A stretch of 64,000 bases of DNA from Marsupella aquatica (taxonomy: Eukaryota > Plantae > Marchantiophyta): the NCBI GenBank assembly GCA_973895155.1, contig OZ316896.1, forward strand, positions 15,810,576 through 15,874,575. Direction: 5' to 3'. Position numbers and translations under genes: made by a program. Under the pieces are notes generated by a model, which did not search any database, was not told where the DNA came from, and saw nothing but the letters and a program-made list of their open reading frames with translations. Shown here in pieces: positions 53,421-64,000 of the stretch (positions within the stretch are counted from its first letter, which is position 1; each line of letters opens with the position of its first letter).

Positions 53421-55259
53421 AGGGTTGAGTCATACATTGTCACAAAAAAATAGAGAAGGCCCCATAGAGTCATATATTGAGGTTTCAGAAGGGTGTGTTT
53501 TGCTCTAGTGAGGGCCTGCCCAGCCTCAATAATGAGCCAGAAAAATTGGTCACCTCTTGACTTTTCTGGCGGTTTGCCATCCTGCAAGATCACTGTGTGG
53601 TAAACAAGACTCCCCGGTGAAATGTTTTCCCCGGGCTTAGCATTGACACCCTCTCGTAAAGCAATGGACTCTAATGAAAGAGGCAAAGTCTCAAGCCCCT
53701 ATCGCTGAGTCATTCCCTTTGGTTACTCACCTTGTATTAATAGGGGGTCTCAAACCTCAAAAACTGATGTACTTTAAAACGACTAGGTTAATAAACATTT
53801 GGACCAAATTCACAATCAACAACGTTTGCCGTAAAGAATGATCATATCGTGTGAGGTGATTCAATCTAAAGACTAATGACAATCCTGTGAAAAAAGCTAC
53901 AGATCTATGAAGAAGTGAATTTTGACATAGGATAGCATTGAATCAGAAGTAAAGTGGCTTGACTTTCATGTGAGAAGCATTTGGGAATCCCATCTTGCAT
54001 TCAAAGGTTTGGACAAAGATCACTCCCTTGCTTGCTCTGGAGGTGAAGTTGATGCTCAGTTGCACGTAACATTGTTTCAAAGAGGGATGTTGCAAAAATG
54101 ATGCTCCCATGGGCTGAGCCCGTGAACCATGCAACCCCATGGATTGTGACACCTTTGACCCTCATTGGCACCCTTCTTGTCTCTCAAAAGTTCCGATTGC
54201 AAAGTTTGAACTTCAATAACAGAACCAGCTCTTCTTGGGTTTGCTAGAAACTGCTTGGAAATATCTTTCTAAAGATAACTCCAGCACTCCCTGCCCAGAC
54301 TTGGAGCTTCCAAAACATTTTGAGCCCTAATCAGTATCTCCTTTGATATCCAATGGAATCTAGTTTTCCTGGATTTGCTAGAAACAGCAGTGAAAGATCT
54401 TTCCATTGAGCCTAATATTGTCAAACTTCTAATGACAAGTGTCTCTTGCTTATATCATTTTACTCATACTATATGGGCATGAAAGAGATTTTCCTTCCAG
54501 TCCATCCAGGTTGCAGAAGTCTTTACAAGCATTTTGTTGAACATAGAGGTCCATCCAGGCTTCAATTTAGGGATTGGTGATTTTCATTTTGCTGTTTTTG
54601 TTCCATAAATTGTTGAGGATATTGCATCATTGATGATTTTCTTTTTGCTGTTTTCATTTTATGAAAGGTTGAGTTACTTTCAAGGGGGCTATACAGTGAA
54701 TCTTCTTTGGTACAACACAAAAGTACTTTCCAATAAGGTTTAAAACGTTGAATGAGGGTTTTTCACACGTACTTTGCTTTTCTCTAGGAGTATTAACTCC
54801 TATAATACACAGTCGCACCACTTTTTGAAGTGGTCGTCTTTCAAGTTTGGAGAGGCTTTTTGAGTGAAAGAAAAGGGAACTGTAAAAAGAGAAAGGAATA
54901 AGAGAAAATAATTATGTTTTGTGTGAACACGCTTTTCCTAGCAAGAAAAGTACAAAGTCTTCCTCTTTACCATCCATGCTCCTCCCTCTACCATCCATGC
55001 CAATCATGCATACAGAGTGCTCCTCCCTCTACCATCCATGTCATACTATGCCCCATGCCATGCAAAGGAAGTATCCTATTATGAGAGGAGTTTTACATAA
55101 TCAAGAAAATAGTGCACAATCTAATCAATGAGACAAAGACAAGACAAGAAAATTAAATAGTGAAAAAGAAGGAAGGTTTTAAAAGATATGATTTACAAAA
55201 AAATATTTAAAAATCATTCTCATTTTGTTTTACTTTGGTAGTGGTTGTCGCCTCTCTTT

Positions 55260-55745
55260 GTGCCATGACATCTTTCACTCGACAATTGTTTTTTACACAA
55301 TGAGATCTTTCTGACAAAGATATATTTCACACCATGATATTTTTCAACTATGTCTTTAGCAGAACGTCATCTATTACGCATTGACATCTTTCACCAAACG
55401 ATATCTTTAAGTAATCTACATCTTTTGCGCAATGACATCTTTCGAGCAACCACACATTTTACTTAACGATATCTTTATTTAGCAATATTGTAAATGCAAC
55501 AACATATTTACGTAACAACATCTTTGTGCAACGGAGACTTTGACAACATATATGACTAACAATATCACTTTACTTATGGACCATTTTGTACTTAACAACA
55601 ACTTTATAGTTAACATATTTTCTCTTAACAACATCTTGGGCATAGTGACATCTTTGGGCTCAACAACATTGCGACATGACATCTTTTCTCTTAATGACCT
55701 CTTGGGTGACACGACATCTTTTCTGTTAACGATATCTTTTGTACA
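55260..55745. repeat. Degenerate short-period repeat (GACATCTTT / GATATCTTT units), probably a TE subterminal array
   Basis: The motif recurs more than 10 times with variable linkers. Confidence 0.6.
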
Positions 55746-56137
55746 ATGCATGGGTATTGAGCTCGTTCTTTAATATTTGTGAATTTTTTGTTCATACTAC
55801 TTTTCTTTGGGAGTATTTTGAATCTTTTTATGAGTTTTTAGCATAAAATGCTTTCTTTGGGAGTATTCTTTCATCTTTGTGGAGGGCTTGGCCAGGAGGG
55901 ATGCTGAGTGTTCTTTAATCTTTTTCTGATGGTAATAATGGGCTCAGCGAGGCCTGCATACGCGCCATGGTGGGTGTTCATTTACTACAAAACAATTACT
56001 TTCCAATCAAAGAGCAAAAACTTGAGTCTTATAGTCTTTCAGGCTTGTGATCTGAATTAAGTTCGAAGCTTTCAGTGTTATTTCTGTTTGTGCACAACAG
56101 GTAGCTAAGCCTATCACTCACTGGTCTACTGGTATAC

Positions 56138-56648
56138 CTTATTTGGAATGTGGACTATAACCACCTGTACAGGTGCTACTCATGGTGGCAAAACTAGCCC
56201 CTTGTCATCTCCATGCACCATTATCATAACTCCAATTTGTTACCACGAATAAACCAGTAGAGACAACAATCAGGATGAAAAGACATCAGAAGATGATGAA
56301 CTGGATACGAGATTTAACAGTTACTTGTGTTCAGCTATAAACAACAGTGTGCTTCTTGATAAACTGGATCTAGCTTCAAGCGTAAGGAAATGAGTTTTGT
56401 AGGCACCGATCGCGTTGAGAGACCCCAAGAGTTCTGTCACACCATCTTACATTCCCGGTTGTCATTCTCATACAGTATATCAAACATAAGCCAACCCACA
56501 CCTGCAGGAAAAGATGAGCAAGAAAGAATTCTGCCTCAAATGATGTCTTTCATTGTACCTGCGAGTACCATGCACTGAAATTGTCATCCTTTTTAGCCGA
56601 CAAGCCCAACATCGTCTCCTTCTTGACCTCCTTCTTTCCTCGCCCCAT
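56138..56648 (-). pseudogene. Cytosolic prolyl-tRNA synthetase pseudogene fragment (two exons, large internal deletion)
   Basis: Exon 56559-56648 reads MGRGKKEVKKETMLGLSAKKDDNFSAWYSQ followed by a GT donor. Exon 56138-56236 reads IGVMIMVHGDDKGLVLPP*VAPVQVVIVHIPNK followed by a GT donor, with an in-frame TGA at 56180-56182 and its acceptor reading CAA instead of CAG. Confidence 0.9.
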
Positions 56649-57578
56649 TGGTTCCCAAAATCGAGTAGCCTTCTCACGATCGGAATTTTCTCACCCCAAC
56701 TCCCCCTTTGCGCTCTTGATGCTCTGCCGTAATCGACCTTTGCCCCTTCTTCTGATATTGCCACTGCAGTAATGGCTACTAGGCGAATGAAGGACGAATG
56801 CTGCTAGGTGAACTCGATAGCCCGAGATTGAGGCTCGCCTCAAGGTAGTACACCACCTACAGTCGTATACAACGCTGGAAGTAGGGAGTTCAAGGAACTT
56901 GTTATTAGATCGAGTTGGAGAAAACGGGGAAGAGAAATACAAGTTCCCGCTGGTCGAAGTGGTAAGGTATTTTGGACAGGATGTTCCTGTCCAAAATTAA
57001 GCAGTGATCCATTCTGTATGATCTATAATATATATGTACTTTTTTTGTAGTTTCATTGAAGGTTATGAGTTTTAAACAACTAAGTAGCCTGGCCCCAAAA
57101 TTCCTTGATTTAAATCTCTGTGTTATGGCACCGACCAAAGTTATGACTCATCCCAAACAGAGTTTTTTCAAAGACTCCCCTTCCCCCCTAGTGAGCACCT
57201 TTTTAGGGTGTAACCTCAGAGTTCCTCAATATCTCTCCCTCCTATGGAAGCTCTTCACTTGGAAACCGTCAGAGTTTTGTAGCTCATCCTATGTGCCTCA
57301 TTTTTAAAAATTATTTTTATCAAAATTTAGTGCCTGACACTTAAATGTTCGTCTTATTTCAGCTTCATATGTTTATGCAATAGTGAAGGCTGAGAACGGG
57401 CACAATGTAAAGTGCACAATATAGAGACTTATTAAGGAACTTGTAGGGAAACCATGAGGCAACTGTGGTCTATGAGGTGTAACTCCGAGGGTGGTTAGCC
57501 CAAGGGGGTTACAGTCCATAACCCCCAAACAGCTCATGGGTTATCAAATATGAACCCTCATTGTGAGTCATTGAAAAG

Positions 57579-58364
57579 CTCATGACCATGATATATGTCA
57601 AATAATAAGCATGCGTGCCATTTGTCATGATCTATATTTATATTAAAAACTAAACTTTATGGCCACCATAACATATATGCATAGAAAAGAGTATGGTATA
57701 CTATATATGATTATTAAAATGATTACATGCATGATAAATTTGACATTATATCATGATTATTAAAATAAGCAGAGATTTCAGTTTGAAATACTATGTTTGG
57801 GCTCTAAACCCAAACTACCTAGCAAAGCCCTCTTCCATCCCTCCCAACAGAAATGGAAGTTTGCCCCTAATATTGCTGCGTCTACCTCGCGACATTTCTC
57901 CCTCCCAGATCCTCTCACCTTGTCTCTTCACATCAGCAATTGGGGAGAGAACTTTCTATGCTGCCACCCTGCACCATCAAGAACCTAGCAACTGGTTGCA
58001 ACCGTTGCAATCCATCAAAAACATTATTATGTAAAGTCTATGGAATAAAGGTTGGTTGTCCATGGGTAATTGTTTCGGGAGGTCTTTGCTATTTACATAA
58101 TCAAATGCCTCCTTCTAACTGCCAACTACAAGCTAGAGTTGGGGCCTAGATTCCTAGAGTGAAAACTCTAAACCTTATCTCCATGACTCATCATGTGGAT
58201 GGTAAAACTCATGACCATGATATATGTCAAATAATAAGCATGCGTGCCATTTGTCATGATCTATATTTATATTAAAAACTAAACTTTATGGCCACCATAA
58301 CATATATGCATAGAAAAGAGTATGTATACTATATATGATTATTAAAATGATTACATGCATGATA
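57579..58364. repeat. Near-identical ~158-bp direct repeats (57579-57737 and 58208-58364) flanking a ~470-bp spacer
   Basis: CTCATGACCATGATATATGTCAAAATAATAAGCATGCGTGCC...GATTACATGCATGATAA occurs twice; I saw only a 1-nt indel between the copies. Confidence 0.92.
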
Positions 58365-59424
58365 ATTTTTTTTTCCAATTTATTAACTCCTTCAAAGAAT
58401 ATGAATAAATAATATGTTTTGGTGACATTTTTATTGAATGTGCTCTATTCCCCTTCAAAGACGGGTAGTCAGGGTCTGTATACTCAAACCTGCAACCCTG
58501 AGTTTTCTTCTCTTTCAGGTCGACTTTTCTTCTCTTTCAGGTCACAAACTTACACCCGTAGTACCTTGTGCCCAGACCGTAAATACAAATTTTTTGTCGT
58601 AGGTGTCCCCACCAATAAAATATCTTCTCAAAATGAGACAAAAACGTTGCTGGTCCATTGGGGGCGAGAGTGGCCGAAGGAGCAGAGGCGCGAGTTGCCA
58701 CTCTCACGGGGTGGGTTGCGGCCCCTGTGTGGGCGGCAGCTACTGCAACCGGGCCCAGCTGGTTCGTTTTTCCCTTGGCGCCCTTCGAGGCCATCGTTTC
58801 CATCGCGAAAAACTCGTACTCGCGCCATCTCAGTTCCAGGCTCATATCTCGTTCTTTCGTGCTAGTATTGGTGAAGGAGCATCGCCTCTCATTGTGAGCT
58901 CTGGCCTTCTTCGCTCAGTCTTTGCGCTCGTTTGATTCGTCTGTTATTCGTTTGCAATTACGATAGTAGGTTGAAGTATTTTGTTGAAGCTATTTAAAGA
59001 ATCTTAGCTCGATGTACTCGGAATCTGTCTCGGTTTCGTTCGCTATTACACCAGCTGTATAAACAAATTGTCTGTGCGGCGGCTATTCGAGCATTCAGTG
59101 ATCTTCGAATTCAGTGATTTTTGACTTTGACGTACCAAACTTCTGCAATGATGGCTCCTGTAATTCACTTGAATCTCTGTGCAGCAATCGGGACTCCCGG
59201 GTACATCGTCTAACAAGCAATTGACCAAAATTAAGAATCTCGCCCCGTTTCTTCTTCCCCTATCTCGTGCGATTTTTTACCTGAGGACAAGGCTCCCTGC
59301 GAACAAAGGGCCCTGTGGACGGACGGACGGACAACACTGTTGTTAGGGGCCCCTCAATTCGCTCGGGAGAACTGCACTTTACAGCGGAAACTCGAAGGAT
59401 CAAAAGTGAAAGAATTCACCAAAC

Positions 59425-62400
59425 ATGTTTGGTGAGTGTAGATTTCAGCTCCTTTCTTCGTGCAAGAATGTGCTTATGTTTGCACGAACAACAGCAATAG
59501 AGCTCCAGTGAGATACGCCTTCGATGACATTGGATAGAGCATGGCAACGAGCACGCGACATCTACAAAAGTTACTGAGAGAAAGGGAAATCATGCCACGT
59601 TGTTAGTTCGCATGAGTGATGTGATTGTCGGTCAATACAATTAGAAGAAGACGAGGAGTACAGACGTAGATAATTCATTGTCTGGCTTCGCGGCCTGACG
59701 CGGGGGAGAAATGTACCATTTACGCATACAAACACTAGGCCTAAGCCGCTAACAGTGAAGAACATGTGTATTTTGATTGTGCAGAAGACGAACTGGAAGA
59801 CGATTTCCTAACGTCATGGAAGCCAACGAAAATGGACATAGATGTGGATTTAGATCGTCATAAGGTTCCTGGTCCCAAGTCCGCTGTCAAAACAAAGTTC
59901 GCCTCCTCAAAAATGTAAGTCGTTACAGAAGTGAATCCTAGCTAATGTTCAGCTTTTGTTCAATCAAATCAAATCAATCCATATATCTTCGTAGACAAGA
60001 CAAGACGCATGTCCGCGACGGACGTAATTACCATAATTTCGGAGCTCCTTATTATCGTCGCGTAAATCTGCTACTTGCTTCGTTCGTTCTCTGTTGGAAC
60101 GAATGAGTAATTCGACTTCCAAGCGGTTCCTGCATTCTATTCTATCATAAAATCAGGCTTGATTAGAATGCGGGCCGGTAATGGTGGTGTTTCGGTACCG
60201 GCCATGATCAAATGGCGCTCACTTTCTGCCTTGGGATATCATTGTAAATCTCACTAGCCTCACTTTTTGAACTCATATTGCATGCCTGCCTAGGGTCATC
60301 CTTCGTTGACTATCAATGCATCGGCTATCGTATATTTTTATGATCAACGCTTATGCAGGGAGATGGACTTCGACTTTGACGGCGGATTCAGCAAACTTTC
60401 ATCATTTGATATTGATCTCTCGTTCGAGAGTCCTCCATCTCCGGCAAAGAAAGCCAAGAAAAGGCCGAAGCAAGTGGCTGTGGACAACAACCTTGAATTC
60501 GACTTGAAGGGGTATCCAGTTATGGAAACGGTCTTTGGATGCATGACATATTTGAAATTTCTCTATTGTAAAGACTATGCCTCCCTAGTCCATTTAGACC
60601 AAGTGTTTATATAAACAAGTTAACTTTGTTCCGTTCCCTCGTCTAGATTCGAGACTGAGAATCTGGAGGACATAAAAGTGACGGAGAATGGGAAATTGAG
60701 CGAATCCGAGCGGGACAGAGCTGGAGCTGCTACGGTCATTGATCATAACCAACTCAAAAGTGTTCGTAAAGGCCAGAGGGAAGATACGAGAGATGTGTCT
60801 CCTTACATGAAGGAGGATCCCAAACCAGCGATACCCGATGCAAGGGGAAGCTCTACTTCTTCTTCACTTCAGCCTGATCCTGTCTTTGCTCACCATGCCT
60901 TGCAAGACACGGCAGGTGTCGTGCACCATGAAAAGAATGTCCATATCGATTTCGAGCTCACTCCGTCTGCCCTCGGATCGAATGGTCCGCCGGTTTGTCC
61001 GTTTGCAAGCAAGAAGAAAGCAGCGAACACGGACACTTTTCAATCTCGTAGTGGATTAGAATCAGACTCTCTTAAATGTTTGAATCCTGTCCTCGAATCA
61101 GTAACAGTACCTGTCGAAGAAATATCTTCATCGCGTCCTGAAGGGTCAGAACCTACCCCGGCCAACGCAAGACCAAAGTTCTCTGACCAGGATCATCTCG
61201 CACAAGATTTAGGACGTCAGCACGTGAAACAACAGACATCCGACCCAGAAATGGCGCTGACGAGGTCTTCAACTATTCTGAATGACCAAAAAGACGGCTG
61301 CGCGTCTCTCGACTTTCGAAGATGCAGCACCTTGCAGTTTGACCCTCTGTCCAAATCTAGCCAGAATTCAGTTGTTGCTGTCCCACAGTCAGAATCCTTT
61401 CGTCACGCTGACAGTCGACATGAGTCAAAATGTTTTAAATTGGCAGACGAGGCACGAGCACAAACAGTTGAGAATCAGCACAGGGGAACTGCTGTCCTGG
61501 AATCGGATGAACTCTCGTTAGCAGCATCTGGACCACCAATGCCAGTAGCCACCAGGTGTGCATTTCCACTTCAAAATCTAAATAGTAAAAATTCTGGTAC
61601 TGCATGCAAGTAAAAAGAAGAAAATTCTACCTTCATTCTGTTGACTAGATACCGGTACGTGAGCCACTCCTTCGCAGGTCTACAAGAGACCACGGCGGCG
61701 GGCACGGCAGTAACATTGACACAGTGCAGAGAAGCGAGTTGCAAAATGTGACTGAGATGCCAGTTAAACTCTCGTGAGTACCTGCTTGCGTTATGTCATT
61801 AGGCTCGGTCTATTTTGCCTCGACCAGGACCAAGAATATTTGCTATTCAATATGTCGCGGGTAGGTTCAGCATTTGGATTCGGGAATCATCTTGACTTGG
61901 CTGATTCAATAAGCCGTTTCCAGCCCGATGATCGTCCGGTTCTTCTCTACACTATCCTTCGAAAAAGTGGGCCGAATTTTCTGCCAACGCTTGCGGTTGT
62001 TTCAGTGCCGTAAATTCTAGATCAACATATTATTATGTCAAGACATTCAGGGTGGAAATTATTGCGGTACACAAAATGAAGAAAGCATTGCTCACTGTCC
62101 CGTGCAGGCCAGCTATTGCTTCTCTATCATTGAACGACACGCAAAAGGAAGATGAAGAGGAAGCATACCCATCGACTTTCAACAAGAGCTCACCTGTCGT
62201 CCCTTGCGTTACCCTTGAAGAAAGGGGCAGAGATAGTATTTCAACGCAAGCACCTGCCGTGTCTATTAAAAAATCGCAGATACTGCGGGGAGACGGGCAG
62301 GGAGCTCACTTCGAGGGGAAACAACGTATGGCGAGAGAAGATCCCACCCGTGGCCAACTGAAATTGAAAACAGCCCCGAAATCAGGAAACAGCGGTATGA

Positions 62401-63875
62401 TGGTACTTAAACATAAAAATACCATTCCCAATCAGAAGGAGCACAGTCTCGGCGCATCCAAACGTCCTTCGCGAGAGCTCCAATTGGGTTTGCAGCGAAC
62501 TTCTCCCCTTCAGTTGGGAAAGGGCCAAGGAGATAGTTGTGGGACGCATATACATGCAGAAAGAGAGAGGCAACAAATAGTTCGTCATAACGTCGTGGGT
62601 GTGCCCACAGCGGTGACTCCTGTGGATGGAATTAAACAAGGGCTTGAGGTCCAAAAGTCAATCACCAACAAGGTCAAAGCTCAAAACATGCCGACTTCGA
62701 GGTACAAATTGGAATTTATCATTTAGTTCACAAGTCCTATCGTCGAACCTGCAGTGCCAAGACTTCAGATGTTGTCTTCACTCTCCTTAAGGTCACCGGT
62801 AGTGATTTCTGCTTCTGTCAATTTGTTAATCTTACAGGACGTTAGCGACTTCGAAATTCTTTGCCACTGATACTCCAACATCTATAGAGAAAGAGATTGG
62901 GCACCAAATGCAAACCCCACAACCAGACCTGGGAAAAAGCTCCAAATTGATGTCTTCAGCATGTCAAATGAGGACACTTGCGACCGATGCTCCAACCTCT
63001 ACACAGAACGACATTGGACACCAGATCCACACCCCACGTCCAGACCTGGGAAAAAGCTCCAAGTTGATATCTTCAACAACGTGTCAAATGAGGACACATA
63101 CGCAGGTTTGGTAATTTCAGCCCTTCAATGCGTCGAGAATTCCTTTCTGAAGAGTCCGCGGGCTAGTTCTAGCAGCTACAATGTTACGAACGCATCCAAT
63201 CGCCAGATTTCTGCTAGAATCAATTTGAGATATCGACCGAGGATGGCCTCTTAAATATCCATAAAACCTTAGCCTGATTGCTAAAAACTCACTCTTCATT
63301 TTCGAATTGTTTGCCTTGTGTTACGATTTTTGTTGCCAGCCTAATGTGCTTGTCGGAGGTAAACATGCGGTCAGAAAAATTAGTGGAACCTCCGAGGTTA
63401 GCAGGGGCAAAGGTTTTCAGACGAACAGGTGACACTAACTTTGCAACATTCAAACGATCTTTAATTCTCCTACTTGATGACACATATCTAGAGTCCACAT
63501 CTGTTTTCAGCTGTTCATGACCAACCTTTTCAGTAGGCACTGCAAGGGTTTCGGTCGATTTCATGGATGGAACTTTAGGTTGATCTAGAATGGCAAATTC
63601 AATGTTCAGTTCCCTGGTAGATATTGAATTGGTTAGTTCCAGTAAGCATTGAATTATCGTAACGGCAACTTCTGATAGTGCACTCTGGCAGCTCAAGTAG
63701 GGATATAGAGATTCGGGCCAGTGGGAACAGTACGGAGACCACGGCCAGACCGCAGGCTCATGGCATCGGACGCACTACTCTCCAAAGTTCTCTATCGTTG
63801 AAACCGCAGGTTGACGGGCACAAGGTCCAAGCTGACAGAAGGAGCAGACAGAAAAGGCCATCACTGGAGCGTGTT
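59425..63875 (+). CDS. Uncharacterised low-complexity protein, At4g18490-like; 5' part, probably continues beyond the right edge
   Basis: Probable exons 59425-59431, 59785-59914, 60359-60511, 60647-61555, 61678-61773, 62108-62701, 62838-63105; later exons and the start codon are uncertain. N-terminal EDDFLTSWK and MDFDFDGGFSKLSSFDIDLSF resemble that family's acidic N-terminus (family call from recall). Confidence 0.65.
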
Positions 63876-64000
63876 GTAAGTCTGCTCTGGTTTCGCTCTG
63901 GATGTTTTAAGAATATCAAATCAAAGCTTGGCTTGTGACGAGCATTTTTCAAATTGATGTGTGAACAGACAACGACCCCGCTTTATATCTAGGGTAACCA

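Noticed and set aside
58662-58745. tRNA-like sequence (GTGGCCGAAGG, GAGAGTGGC/GCCACTCTC stem)
   Set aside because: No TTC T-loop or B box and no cloverleaf; it is a GC-rich promoter hairpin.

Overview
Eukaryotic nuclear DNA from a non-seed land plant, most likely a liverwort (inferred from gene style, intron sizes and TE types; not provable from sequence alone). There are no prokaryotic operons, rRNA genes or CRISPR arrays. Six protein-coding genes are supported, and for the four conserved spliced genes I traced GT-AG exon models by hand with phases that close: TRAPPC10/TRS130 (-, runs off the left edge), an ICE1/SCREAM-type IIIb bHLH (-), a PA-TM-RING RMR receptor (-), a NEMF/Rqc2 with an intronless CDS (+), PRMT10 (-), and a low-complexity At4g18490-like gene (+, runs off the right edge). 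The intergenic blocks (about 8.5-12, 18.3-25.5, 30.6-41.7 and 52.7-58.5 kb) are TE graveyards. The best items missed by the ORF track are: (1) a two-exon, internally deleted prolyl-tRNA synthetase relic, possibly carried in a Pack-type element; (2) two copies of a strongly G/C-skewed non-autonomous DNA transposon with CCCGGTTT ends and perfect 8-bp TSDs; (3) two short 5' coding exons of ICE1 with tandem in-frame acceptors and a dense GTAC cluster upstream. I found no convincing new multi-gene system.
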